From contig DATBEZ010000031.1 of NCBI GenBank assembly GCA_036558745.1, positions 23,454-87,453 on the forward strand: a DNA stretch of 64,000 nt. The letters run 5' to 3'. The translations under genes and the position numbers were made by a program. The notes beneath the pieces were generated by a model, which was given only the letters and a program-made list of their open reading frames with translations, had not been told where the DNA came from and searched no databases. Shown here one piece after another: positions 1-9,660 of this stretch. This DNA comes from Acidimicrobiia bacterium (GTDB lineage Bacteria > Actinomycetota > Acidimicrobiia > IMCC26256 > JAMXLJ01). Numbering within the stretch: position 1 is the first letter of the stretch; each line of letters opens with the position of its first letter.

Positions 1-511
1 TCGCGGTCGTCTCCATGTGGGTCGCGTCGGAGCCGTGGTCGGGCTCCGTGATGCCGAACGCGAAGCCGCCGCGACCCTCGGCGAGCGCGTCGATCCACTG
101 CACCTTCTGCTCCTCGGTGCCGTACTCGAGCATGAGCAGCAGCCCGACGTTGTTGCCGACGATCGCGTGCTCGTTCTGCAGGTCGCAGTGCAATCCGAGG
201 CCCTTGCGGGCGAGGTGCTCGCGGATGACGGCCATGCCGAGGTTCGTCCCGTCGCGGCCGCCGTACTCCTTCGGGAACGGGTAGCGGTAATGGCCGGCCG
301 CGTCGGCGCGGCGGCGGGCTTCGTAGAGCAGCGCCTCCCACTCGGCGTTGGGCAGGCCGCCGCGGTCCCAGTCGGTGCGCGCGTCCTCACGGCGATGGTC
401 GAAGAAGCGGATGTTGTCGTCGGCCTGCTCGAGGGGCTTGATCTCGCGCTCGATGAAGTCGTCGAGCTCGGCCAGGTAGCTGCTGAGCTCGGGCGGCAGC
501 TCGAAGTCCAT
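1..511 (-). CDS. acyl-CoA dehydrogenase family protein, N-terminal part (gene runs off the left edge)
   Basis: Absent from the ORF track because it is open at the window edge. My own minus-strand translation from ATG 511 gives MDFELPPELSSYLAELDDFIEREIKPLEQ...RGGFAFGITEPDHGSDATHMETTA (170 codons, no stop). It contains the ACAD-type TEPxxGSD motif. GAGGA lies 8 nt upstream of the ATG. Confidence 0.75.
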   Translation of the reverse strand, partial: MDFELPPELSSYLAELDDFIEREIKPLEQADDNIRFFDHRREDARTDWDRGGLPNAEWEALLYEARRRADAAGHYRYPFPKEYGGRDGTNLGMAVIREHLARKGLGLHCDLQNEHAIVGNNVGLLLMLEYGTEEQKVQWIDALAEGRGGFAFGITEPDHGSDATHMETTA

Positions 512-588
512 CGGCGGGATCCTCGTTCGGGGGGCGGGCGCTCGGGGCCGTCGGGGACCGGCGCCGTGAAAACTTAGCGATCGCTCGG

Positions 589-1503
589 TCAGCTGTCACG
601 GGGGGGTAGGTCGGCCATCCAGGGGTCGTGGCCGCCGATGTCGGCGGTGACGCGTGCCGCCGCGTCGCGCACGGTCGCACCGAGCCGGTCGAGCTCGTCG
701 CCGCCCACGTCGTTGCGCATCACGAACGCGGCGAGCAGCAGCTCCATGCGCGCGTCGGCGTCGTAGACGGGCGCGCACACGTGGCTCAACGCGTACGTCC
801 GGGCGGGATCCGGGTCGCCGGTCACGTAGTGGATGTAGCTCTGCTGCGTCATCGTCGTCATCATCTCGCCGACGACCTGCGCGTACCGGCCCGGCAGCTC
901 GTCGAGCAGTCCGGCGAGGCGCGAGTAGAGCCCGAGGTTGAACTCGCCCAGCTCCTCCGCGAGGTATCCGTGCCGGCGGCACGCGTCGACGACCTCGCGC
1001 AACGTCGCCGCGCTGGGAGCGTCGGGCGCGAGCGGGGTGGCCGAGAGCCAGTCGTCGACCGTCGCGTCGTCGCGCCAGCCGACGAACATCACGCCCGACG
1101 GCGGGACGAACGGGAACCGTTGCCCGGGCCGCACCGCCGGCGCGACACCGGGATCGCCGGCGCGCGCGAGCACGACGACGTCGCCGCCGACGACCGCGGA
1201 CGCGGTGCACGCCGCGCCGAGCTCGTCGGCCAGATGGGTCATGTGCGGGCGCGCGTGCGGCAGCGACGGGTAGCCCCGCTGGGCCGACGCGCCCGCCGCG
1301 AGCAGCGCGGGACCGAGTGCGTACGTCGCCGCCTCGCGTACGAGGTACCCCGCGTGGCACAGCTCGTTGAGGATGCCGAGGCACGTCGCCTTGCTGATGC
1401 CGGTGCGCTCCACCAGCTCGGCCAGCGTGAAGGACCGTCCCGGCTGGGCGGCCAGCGTGTCGAGGACGGTGGTCACCCGCTGGGTCGGCGGGGAGCGGCG
1501 CAC
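589..1503 (-). CDS. IclR-family transcriptional regulator
   Basis: ORF 589..1623 trimmed to GTG 1503, which has GAGGAGG 4 nt upstream. An N-terminal winged-HTH segment (FTLAELVERTGISKATCLGILNELCHAGYL) is followed by an IclR-type effector domain. The start is inferred. Confidence 0.8.
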   Translation of the reverse strand: MRRSPPTQRVTTVLDTLAAQPGRSFTLAELVERTGISKATCLGILNELCHAGYLVREAATYALGPALLAAGASAQRGYPSLPHARPHMTHLADELGAACTASAVVGGDVVVLARAGDPGVAPAVRPGQRFPFVPPSGVMFVGWRDDATVDDWLSATPLAPDAPSAATLREVVDACRRHGYLAEELGEFNLGLYSRLAGLLDELPGRYAQVVGEMMTTMTQQSYIHYVTGDPDPARTYALSHVCAPVYDADARMELLLAAFVMRNDVGGDELDRLGATVRDAAARVTADIGGHDPWMADLPPRDS

Positions 1504-1583
1504 GGGACCTCCTCGACGGTGCACGATGTTGACGGTGCGAGGCCCGGTGCGTACCGTCACCGTGCCAGATACGCACCGAGCGT

Positions 1584-1595
1584 TGCAGATCTGCA
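1584..1595. promoter_or_regulatory. perfect 12-bp palindrome TGCAGATCTGCA in the divergent IclR/LLM intergenic region (candidate operator)
   Basis: Read directly from the sequence. It lies between the divergent starts at 1503 and 1653. IclR regulators commonly bind palindromes in their own divergent promoters. No binding evidence. Confidence 0.3.
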
Positions 1596-1652
1596 CCGGA
1601 GTCGCAACGCCGACGGCACGCACACGACCGGCCGACCACAGGAGGGGGACCC

Positions 1653-2786
1653 GTGGAGTTCGGGCTGTTCATCCAGAGCTTCGTCCCGAAGTCGCGGCGC
1701 GAGCACGAGCCCGACGCCGAGCACCACGTGATCCTCGAGGACATGGAGGCGGTGATCGCGGCCGACAAAGCCGGCTTCAAGTACGTGTGGATCACCGAGC
1801 ACCACTTCCTCGACGAGTACTCACACCTCTCCGCGAACGACGTCGTGGCCGGGTACCTCGCGCGCGCGACCGACCGCATCCACATCGGGTCCGGCATCTT
1901 CAACCCGCTCCCCCCGGTGAACCACCCGGCGAAGGTCGCGGAGCGCGTCGCCATGCTCGACCACCTCACCGAGGGCCGCTTCGAGTTCGGCACCGGCCGC
2001 GGCGCGGGCAGTCACGAGATCCTCGCGTTCCTCCCCGACATGAAGGACCTCTCGAAGACACGGGAGATCTGGGAGGACGTCATCGCCGAGTTCCCGAAGA
2101 TGTGGATGCAGGACACCTACGAGGGCTACCAGGGGAAGTACTGGCAGCTGCCCCCGCGCAAGGTGCTGCCGAAGCCGTACAAGAAGCCGAACCCGGCGAT
2201 GTGGTACGCGGCGGGCAACACGTCGAGCTACGAGATGGCGGCGCGGCGCGGGCTCGGCGTGCTCGGCTTCTCCGTCGGTGACATCCAGCAGCTCGAGCCG
2301 GTGCTGCGCGCGTACAAGGACACGATCCCGAACGCGGAGCCGATCGGCGCGTTCGTGAACGACAACGTGATGGTGACGACCGCGGCGATCGTCGACGAAG
2401 ACCCGAAGAAGGCGCGGCAGGCCGCGCTCGACTCGACGCTGACCTACCTGCAGAGCAACGTCTTCCGCTACCACGACACGTTCCCGCACCCGCCCGAGGT
2501 GCCGGTGTGGCCGGAGCTGATCCCCAATTACACGCCGGAGATCCTCGAGGCCATGACCCAGATCGGCGCGTTGATCTGCGGCGATCCCGGCGAAGCGCTC
2601 GAGCAGTGCCGGCGGTGGGAGAGCGCGGGCGCGGACCAGCTCGTGTTCGGCATCGGGACCGCGACGCGCGAGGAGACGCTCGAGACCATCCGCCTGCTCG
2701 GTGAGCACGTCATCCCCAAGATCGACACCGACCCGCAGCACCGCACGACGCGCATGCGCGAAGCGAGCCTGCAGACGCAGCGCTAG
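1653..2786 (+). CDS. LLM-class (luciferase-like) flavin-dependent oxidoreductase
   Basis: 377-aa ORF MEFGLFIQSFVP...WITEHHF...GRFEFGTGRG, a typical luciferase-like monooxygenase pattern. AGGAGG lies 8 nt upstream of GTG 1653. Third codon positions are G/C rich. Confidence 0.85.
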   Translation: MEFGLFIQSFVPKSRREHEPDAEHHVILEDMEAVIAADKAGFKYVWITEHHFLDEYSHLSANDVVAGYLARATDRIHIGSGIFNPLPPVNHPAKVAERVAMLDHLTEGRFEFGTGRGAGSHEILAFLPDMKDLSKTREIWEDVIAEFPKMWMQDTYEGYQGKYWQLPPRKVLPKPYKKPNPAMWYAAGNTSSYEMAARRGLGVLGFSVGDIQQLEPVLRAYKDTIPNAEPIGAFVNDNVMVTTAAIVDEDPKKARQAALDSTLTYLQSNVFRYHDTFPHPPEVPVWPELIPNYTPEILEAMTQIGALICGDPGEALEQCRRWESAGADQLVFGIGTATREETLETIRLLGEHVIPKIDTDPQHRTTRMREASLQTQR

Positions 2787-2795
2787 CGAGCGCGG

Positions 2796-5700
2796 TCAGC
2801 CGCTCGCTTCGGCGGGCGCCCTCGCCCGGCGGTGCGTCCGCACGATCTCGACCATCGCGTCGCATGCGAACAGCACCACCGCCAGCCATCCGAGCGTCCG
2901 GACGCGCCAGAGCTGCGTCGGCCATTCGAAGATCGGGCCGACGTGGTAGTGGTACTGGCTCGCCGCCGCGTAGAGGCCGCACAGCCCGAGGAACAGGAAC
3001 GGCAGCAGGCTGAGCACCGCCCGGAAGCGTGGCCGCAGCAGGACGAGCAGCGTCGCGCCGCCCGTGATGATCCCGCACCACGGACGGATCAGCAGGCTCC
3101 CGAGCAGGACCGCGACGATCGTCGTACCGACGACGGCCGGCGTCGAGACGTCGTGCCCGAACGCGACGAGCGGTGACGAGAGCTGGGGCATGGGCGCGAG
3201 CTCGCTCGCACCGTCGCCGTCGAACGCGGCGTCCGCCCGCGCGCGGCGGCGCCGGCGCAGCACCGTCGCCGCGACGATCAGGCCGATGCACACGAGGCCG
3301 CCGACGACCGAGAGCCAGATCGCGGTCCACACGGTCTTCTGCGGTGTCCAGTCGAGGTGAAGCGTGATCGCGCCGCCATTCTTGGCGGGCTTCACGAGCC
3401 ACCCGTTCGCGTAGCCGTCGATCAGCTGGGGGGCGCCGAGGTCCTTGCCGTTCGCGGTCGCTTTCCACCCGTCGTTGAGGCTCTGGCCGAGCACGAGCCA
3501 GAACGGCGAGGTCGCGCTCGCGACGTGCAGCGTCGCCGACGTGCGGCCCGAGTGCACGACCTCGAGGTTCGGCCCGCTCGACGCGGTCGGTCGCGACGCG
3601 CCCCTCGACGCGCTCACGCTCGCCGTGTCGTCGGCCTGCGGCACGATCGCGGCGATCGGCACCGCGGCGCCGCCCGCGTCCGACGAGAGCACGACCTGGT
3701 CGACGTCGAGCCCGGTCGTGCCGCCGTTACGGGAACGCACGAGGTGGTCGCCCCGCGTCATCGAGATCGAGTTGCCGCCGCAGGGTTGCAGCGGCAGCGG
3801 CTTGTACGCGAGCGCGTCCGCCGTCGACCCCGTGACCCGCACGCCGAAGGGCTTGCCGTCGATCGAGAGCAGGTCGGTGCGACACACCGACGGCAGCTGC
3901 GCCGGTTGCACCGCGCGCTGCACGCCCGGGATGCCCATCTCGGCGATCGCGACCGGCATGGCCATCTGCGAGGCGCTGAAGTACTCGAGCGTGTGCACGG
4001 GCCGGATCGCGGTGATCGTCACCTTGATCGTGCGCCCGGTGATCGGCGCGAACTTCACCGGCACCGGGACGACCGCGTTCGGCGTCGCCCGGTCGGTGAT
4101 CGGCGGGAGGTTCACGACGCGCTTCGTGCCGTCGTCGGAGCTGATCTCGAGCTCCGTGGGAACGGAGTGTCGACCGTCGGCGACGACCTGCAGGTTCATG
4201 TGGTCGAACGTGACGGGGTGGTCGCTCGTCTCCTCGACCCACTGGTCGGCCGCGTTGGCGAACTTGGTGCTCCACGCGGTGGTCGGGTCGCCGTCGAACG
4301 CGGACGAGCCGCGCGCACGCGCATCCCCGTCCAGGTACTCCGACGACAGCACCTTGATGCCGCCCTGGCCCAGGCCCGGGATGCCGACCAGGTCGTCGAT
4401 CACGTCGTCGGGCGCGGTCGAGTTGACGCGTAGGGTGCCCGCGATCGCGAACGCGCGGTCGGTCGGGATGCGGAACGTGCGGGTGAGGTTCAGCTCGGGG
4501 TCGTAGCGCGGCGGCGTCGGGTACTGGCGGTCACGGGTCATGACGAAGACCAGCGGGTGGTCCTGGGACGTGGTCCCCGCGGCGGCGAGCAGGTCGGTCG
4601 GCATGCGGATCACCTCGTCGACGCGCACGTCGGACGTCGCCTTCTCGTCGCGCAGGCGCACCTCGGAGAAGCCGACCGCGGACGCGCCGCCGTACTGGAA
4701 GCGGTGCCCGACGTTCGTCGAGTCGATGCGGATGTCGAGGGTGGAGAACTTCCGCTTCGGGAACGGCACGTTCTCACCGGTGCCGTCGAGCGAACGCGAG
4801 GCCGGTCCGAGCGTGCGGACGACCGAATCCTTGCCGTCGAACGTCAGGGTCACCTTGGTGATGTAGCGGTCGCGCGGGCCGTTCAGCGGCTGGAGCAGGT
4901 TCACGTGGTCGGTGGTGATGGGCTTGTCGAGCTCGATCTGGAGCCGCTCGCCGTCGACGTTCGCGAACGCGCCGACCTTCCACGCGGTGAAGGGATCGCC
5001 GTCGAGCGCGCGCTCGGCCCGGTCCTCCGCGGTGTAGCTCACCGGGTTGCCGTAGTGCGAGGCCTGCACGCTCTTCACGCCCCGCTGCTGCGTGACGGTG
5101 TACGCGTCGTCGGACGCGCCGGGGAACACGTCGAGGCGCGCGTCCGACGGGTCCTGCACGAGCGGCTTCTCGCCGGCCTGCTCGGTGTACCCGTAGTTGT
5201 CGCGCACCGTGCTCCACCGCACCGCGCGCTTGCGGTTGGTGTCGGTCACGACGAGCGTCGCGTCCGACCCGAGCCGCGCCCGCAGCGCCGCGGGGTCGTT
5301 CGCGAACGAGCCCGAGTAGAAGACCGCGTGCCCGTTGTCGACCAGGCCCGTCGCGGCGACGTCGACGAGACCTTCACCGTCGCCGTCCACGACGAGCGGG
5401 CGGTCGGTCGAGGTGGCGCGGATGATCGGCAGCGGATTCTGCACGGGCAGCACCGCGACCGGGGGCGGGTTCGGGAACGGCTGCGTCGCGCCGAGCACCT
5501 GCTCGTCGATCTGGGGGAACTTGGGCTTCCCGGGGATCTTCGTCCCGAAGATCTTGGCGTCGCCGAGCCCCGACGGCGGCGTGGGCGAGAACATCTGCCA
5601 CAGCAGCTGCGGGCGGATGAGGTTGTAGCGGTCGGTCTGGATGTCCATGCGCAGCGTCACGTCACCGACGCTCATCTTCTGCGCGATCGGAGCGATCGAC

Positions 5701-7319
5701 GCGGGGTCGAGCAGCTGCTCCTGGAGCTGGCGATCGAACGCGTTGAGCAGGTTGGCCGACGGCGGTGACCCCCACGGGATCAGCTCGCGCGCGACGTAGG
5801 GCCGGTCGGTGAGCCCGGGCGTGATCGGGTCGACCGTGTTGCCCCACCGGTACGACGCGAAGTCGGCACCGGGCAGCTCCATGATCCGCGTGTCGTGGGA
5901 CTGCGCGTTCAGGTACTTGATCGCGTCGGTCCAGTACGTCGGGATGTTCTCCGGGCGCTCGAGGTTCTTGCCGTAGTAGGTGCCGTCCCAGAGCGCGGGG
6001 AAGTTGAGGAGCAGCAGGAACACCGCGAGCCCCGCGGCGACGAGGCCGTAGACCCCGAGGCCGCGCCCGTTGAACCACTGCGCGAGCGCGTTCACCCCGC
6101 ACGCCAGCAGCGCGGCGACGCCGAGCACGACGAGCGGCACCGCGCGACCGGTGCTGCGCAGCGCGAGGCCCGCGGCCGAGCTGTTCGCGAACGCCTTGAA
6201 CACGGATCCGACCGCGGTGGGGTCGTTGTAGGGCTCGGCGCCGACCGCGATGGCGACGCCGACGAGCATCGTGATGATGAAGTACGTCCGGTAGCGCCAC
6301 TTCGTGAACGCGCCCGACAGCAGCGCGAGCGTCGGGATCAGGTAGCTGACGAGGATCAGCCAGATGTGCTGGGTGTAGTCCTTGGCCGACTCGGTCCACG
6401 GCCCGACCTTGTCCTGGCCGTAGAAGAACCAGTAGCCGAGCCCGCGCATGATCTCGCCCGGGAACGACGTCTTCGAGACCGACTGCACCGTCTCGGTGAA
6501 CTTGAGGATGTCGAGGCCGTAGCCGCCCTGGGCCCACAGCCCGGCGATCCACCACAGCGACGTCACCAGGGTGAGCAGCGCGGTTCGCCAGAGCACCGTC
6601 CACGCGCGGCGCACCGTCGACTCCCGGGTCACCCAGATCGAGTACGGGATCCACAGCGCGGGCGCGATGCCCGCGAACAGGAGCGCGGTGGCGTTCACCC
6701 CGCCGACGAGCTGGATGACGATCGCGAACAGGGCCGGGTACTTCCAGCCGCCGTGGCGGAGCGCGAGCACCACGAGCGCGACCATCCACGGCAGCGCGGC
6801 CCACGGGCCGAGGATCACGGAGATGCGCGCCGAGTAGTCGAGCAGGTACGGCGTCAGCATGAAGGCGAGCAGCCCGACGACCACGCCCGGGCCGCGCATG
6901 CCGAGCGTCTTCAGCAGGAAGCGCATCCCGAGCCCGGCCGCGATCAGCAGCGTGCCGAGCCACAGCCGCTGCGCGACCCACGACGGGAGCCCGAGCCCGG
7001 TCTCGAGGAGCCAGTAGAACGGCCCCATCGGGAACAGGTAGCCGATCGTCTGGTGGGTGACCGTGCCGAGCCCGATGTTGGGGTCCCACATCGAGGGCGC
7101 GCGTGACAGCAGCCGGCCCGGGTCGAGGTACAGGTACGTCTTGGTGTCGGCCGCGACCTTCCCCGGTTGGGTCAGCAGCAGTGGCACGTACGCGAGCGCG
7201 GCGAGCAGCGTGTAGCCGATCCAGGCCCGGGTCCGCTCGGTGAAGGGCAGCGTGGGCGAGGCGGCGGCGGAACGGGTCGGCGTGGACGCGGCCGTCGTCC
7301 GGCCGGCGGTCGTGGTCAC
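2796..7319 (-). CDS. AftD-like (DUF3367/alpha-1,3-arabinofuranosyltransferase family) GT-C membrane glycosyltransferase with discoidin-like carbohydrate-binding modules
   Basis: 1507-aa ORF. The N-terminal third is polytopic (KTYLYLDPGRLLSRAPSMWDPNIGLGTVTHQTIGYLFPMGPFYW, as in AftD-family proteins). A large extracytoplasmic part carries two DGDxxTAW motifs (LDGDPFTAWKV, FDGDPTTAWSTKF) typical of F5/8 type C domains. C-terminal TM helices are present. Confidence 0.8.
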   Translation of the reverse strand: MTTTAGRTTAASTPTRSAAASPTLPFTERTRAWIGYTLLAALAYVPLLLTQPGKVAADTKTYLYLDPGRLLSRAPSMWDPNIGLGTVTHQTIGYLFPMGPFYWLLETGLGLPSWVAQRLWLGTLLIAAGLGMRFLLKTLGMRGPGVVVGLLAFMLTPYLLDYSARISVILGPWAALPWMVALVVLALRHGGWKYPALFAIVIQLVGGVNATALLFAGIAPALWIPYSIWVTRESTVRRAWTVLWRTALLTLVTSLWWIAGLWAQGGYGLDILKFTETVQSVSKTSFPGEIMRGLGYWFFYGQDKVGPWTESAKDYTQHIWLILVSYLIPTLALLSGAFTKWRYRTYFIITMLVGVAIAVGAEPYNDPTAVGSVFKAFANSSAAGLALRSTGRAVPLVVLGVAALLACGVNALAQWFNGRGLGVYGLVAAGLAVFLLLLNFPALWDGTYYGKNLERPENIPTYWTDAIKYLNAQSHDTRIMELPGADFASYRWGNTVDPITPGLTDRPYVARELIPWGSPPSANLLNAFDRQLQEQLLDPASIAPIAQKMSVGDVTLRMDIQTDRYNLIRPQLLWQMFSPTPPSGLGDAKIFGTKIPGKPKFPQIDEQVLGATQPFPNPPPVAVLPVQNPLPIIRATSTDRPLVVDGDGEGLVDVAATGLVDNGHAVFYSGSFANDPAALRARLGSDATLVVTDTNRKRAVRWSTVRDNYGYTEQAGEKPLVQDPSDARLDVFPGASDDAYTVTQQRGVKSVQASHYGNPVSYTAEDRAERALDGDPFTAWKVGAFANVDGERLQIELDKPITTDHVNLLQPLNGPRDRYITKVTLTFDGKDSVVRTLGPASRSLDGTGENVPFPKRKFSTLDIRIDSTNVGHRFQYGGASAVGFSEVRLRDEKATSDVRVDEVIRMPTDLLAAAGTTSQDHPLVFVMTRDRQYPTPPRYDPELNLTRTFRIPTDRAFAIAGTLRVNSTAPDDVIDDLVGIPGLGQGGIKVLSSEYLDGDARARGSSAFDGDPTTAWSTKFANAADQWVEETSDHPVTFDHMNLQVVADGRHSVPTELEISSDDGTKRVVNLPPITDRATPNAVVPVPVKFAPITGRTIKVTITAIRPVHTLEYFSASQMAMPVAIAEMGIPGVQRAVQPAQLPSVCRTDLLSIDGKPFGVRVTGSTADALAYKPLPLQPCGGNSISMTRGDHLVRSRNGGTTGLDVDQVVLSSDAGGAAVPIAAIVPQADDTASVSASRGASRPTASSGPNLEVVHSGRTSATLHVASATSPFWLVLGQSLNDGWKATANGKDLGAPQLIDGYANGWLVKPAKNGGAITLHLDWTPQKTVWTAIWLSVVGGLVCIGLIVAATVLRRRRRARADAAFDGDGASELAPMPQLSSPLVAFGHDVSTPAVVGTTIVAVLLGSLLIRPWCGIITGGATLLVLLRPRFRAVLSLLPFLFLGLCGLYAAASQYHYHVGPIFEWPTQLWRVRTLGWLAVVLFACDAMVEIVRTHRRARAPAEASG

Positions 7320-7580
7320 GCGCGACCCCGCGACGGCCGTTCAGGGTTGGTCACGCCCGCCCCCCACTTTCTTGCCGGACGATCGGTCGAGCGGGGGTGC
7401 GGCACCCGCTCGATCGGACGAAGAACCCGGGCCCACCACCCCGAGGGAGCGCTCAAGTTACCGCGAACCGACCCGCCGGCGGCCTCGGGGTCGCGCCCGG
7501 CCCGAACGACCCCGCGGTGCGAGGGTCGTTGTGTCTGACCTGCGGATGCGGCACAGTACGGCACCATCGGCGACCGATCG

Positions 7581-7904
7581 GTGGGGTCCATGGGCAGGCG
7601 CAACGCCCCCGAGGCGACGGCCCTCGGGGAGCTCTTCGCGAACCTCGTGGGGCTGGCGACGGCCGCGTACGTCGCGTGGTCGACCACCGTGGCCTTCACG
7701 GGCGGCAACGTGCCCCTCACCGCGTGGCACCTGGCCGGCGGCCCGGCGACCGGGGCGGCATGGACCCTCGTCGCGGTCCCGCTGCTCGTGTGGGCGGCGC
7801 TCGGCGTCGTGGGGACGGGCGTCGTGCTGCTCGGCCTCGCCATGCGGGTCAACGGTCGCCTCGCGCTCCGGCCCACCCGACGCGGGCTGCGCGTCGTCCG
7901 GTAG
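7581..7904 (+). CDS. small hypothetical membrane protein (about 3 TM helices)
   Basis: 107-aa ORF with strongly G/C-biased third positions and hydrophobic segments (LFANLVGLATAAYVAW, AAWTLVAVPLLVWAALGVVGTGVVLLGLA). I recognise no family. The start could be GTG 7581 or ATG 7590. Confidence 0.5.
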   Translation: MGSMGRRNAPEATALGELFANLVGLATAAYVAWSTTVAFTGGNVPLTAWHLAGGPATGAAWTLVAVPLLVWAALGVVGTGVVLLGLAMRVNGRLALRPTRRGLRVVR

Positions 7905-7937
7905 CGGCCCCGCGCCGTCCCGTCGGCGCCACCACGG

Positions 7938-9578
7938 TCATGGCGAGAATCGGTAGAGGTTCTCGCTCTCGAAGACGTCGAGGTTCTCCTTGACGAGGCG
8001 CTGCCCGGCCGGCCGGGCCTTGCGGAAGTCGGCCAGCATGTCGCCGCACTTCGTGCCGAACGTGCGGTACCCGTCGGAGAAGACGTACCAGATGGTCCGA
8101 CCGTCGGCGCGGCGCAGCATCTCGTTCGCGAACACCGCGGGATCGGCCAGGTTCCCCGCCACACCGGGCGTGTGGAACACCTGGTTGCGCTGCTCGTAGT
8201 CGACCCAGTTCACGATCTCGGGGTTGGCCAGGGTCGGGAACGCGTACTGGGTCAAACCGGGCCGCACGAGGCGCCACGCGTCGAGGCCGAGCTGGTCGGG
8301 GCAGTACACGACGAGGTCACCCCCGCGCGCACCCGCGTTGATCGCGGCCGCGACCTCCTTGGCCTGGGTCCGGGCCCGGGTCGAGTTGTGGTACCCGCCG
8401 ATCAGCCCGCAGATCACGATCACCGCGAGCGCCCCGTAGCGGGGCAGGCGGCTGCCGAACGCGACCACGCCGTAGGCCACGACGACCGCGAACAGCCCGA
8501 AGACGATCGACGGGTACCGGATCGCGGCCGCGCCGGTGCCGACGTACGCGAGGCACAGCCCGATCGCGACCGTGCCCGCGCACACGTACGCGGCCCAGCG
8601 CGTGGGCGGTCGCGTCCGCCAGTCGAGCTCGGTCCGGTTGCGGTCGACGGCCGCGGCGAAGAGCCCGAACGCGCCGAGCGCGAAGAGCGCCATCACGAGC
8701 GTGTACGCGGCGGCGCCCCGCTGGCCCGCGAACCCGAGCAGGAGCCGGTACGAGGCCATGAGCGGGTTGATGCGCTCCGCCCACGGCGTCGCGGTGTGCT
8801 TGCTCTGGTAGAGGAACGTCGGCAGCCACGGCAGGAAGGTCAGGCAGCCGACGGCGATCGCCGCGAGCACGCGCCATGCGGGCGACCCCCGGCCCTCCCT
8901 CCGCCCGAAGTACAGCAACGCCACCCCGAGGACGAACAGCAGGTAGAACGCCCAGTACTGGGTGTAGAGCAACGCCGCGGTGACGGCCGCGACGGCCGCG
9001 AGCCAGCCCAGGTTCGGGCGCTCCCAGGCGTTGGCGACCGCGAGGTAGCCGACGAGCACGAGCAACGTCTCGAGCTCGTACATCCGGACCTCGGTCGAGT
9101 ACCGGAAGGCGTACGGCGACGTCGCGACGACGAGCACGCTCGCCCACGCGACCCACTGCCGGCGCACGACGTCGGAGCCGGCGATGCGACGGCCGACGGA
9201 GTACGCGGCCGGAAGGCTGAGCAGCCCGAAGACGCCCGAGAGGGCCCGGGCCGACCGGTTGCCGGTCCCGAACGCCTTCATCCACAGGTGCAGCATCACG
9301 TAGTAGAGCGGCGGGGAGCCGTCGTGGCGGAGCAACCCGTGGAGCTGCCCGAGCGGGCGGCGGGCGAGCGCGACGGTGAGGGCCTCGTCCTCCCAGAGCG
9401 CCGACCGGGTCACGAAGCGCAGCACGACCGAGGCGACGAGCGTCAACACGATCGCGACCGCGAACGCGATCCCGAGCGGCCCCGCGAACGGTGAGTCCCC
9501 GTCGCGCGCGACCCGCCGGGGCGCGCCCGGGCGCGGCGGCGTGGCCTCGAGGGCCTCTTCGAGCTTCACCGGGCGCAC
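7938..9578 (-). CDS. GT-C fold membrane glycosyltransferase (GT39/ArnT/PMT_2-like)
   Basis: 546-aa polytopic ORF. An early loop (RSALWEDEALTVALARRP...HDGSPPLYYVMLHLW) is typical of ArnT/PMT_2-type enzymes. There are about 11 TM segments and a C-terminal soluble domain. No clear RBS precedes GTG 9578. Confidence 0.7.
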   Translation of the reverse strand: MRPVKLEEALEATPPRPGAPRRVARDGDSPFAGPLGIAFAVAIVLTLVASVVLRFVTRSALWEDEALTVALARRPLGQLHGLLRHDGSPPLYYVMLHLWMKAFGTGNRSARALSGVFGLLSLPAAYSVGRRIAGSDVVRRQWVAWASVLVVATSPYAFRYSTEVRMYELETLLVLVGYLAVANAWERPNLGWLAAVAAVTAALLYTQYWAFYLLFVLGVALLYFGRREGRGSPAWRVLAAIAVGCLTFLPWLPTFLYQSKHTATPWAERINPLMASYRLLLGFAGQRGAAAYTLVMALFALGAFGLFAAAVDRNRTELDWRTRPPTRWAAYVCAGTVAIGLCLAYVGTGAAAIRYPSIVFGLFAVVVAYGVVAFGSRLPRYGALAVIVICGLIGGYHNSTRARTQAKEVAAAINAGARGGDLVVYCPDQLGLDAWRLVRPGLTQYAFPTLANPEIVNWVDYEQRNQVFHTPGVAGNLADPAVFANEMLRRADGRTIWYVFSDGYRTFGTKCGDMLADFRKARPAGQRLVKENLDVFESENLYRFSP

Positions 9579-9660
9579 CGTGGAGACGGAGCGCAGCTCC
9601 GCGAGGCGTTGCCCTCTGGAGCCTGAGCGGAGGGAGCCATGCGCCGTGCCGACGGTGCGA

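Noticed and set aside
2796-7319. The AftD-like gene, considered as evidence that the organism makes mycobacterial-type arabinogalactan or LAM.
   Set aside because: No Emb/AftA-C, DPA-synthesis, galactan or mycolate genes are in the window. DUF3367/AftD-like proteins also occur in non-mycolate actinobacteria.
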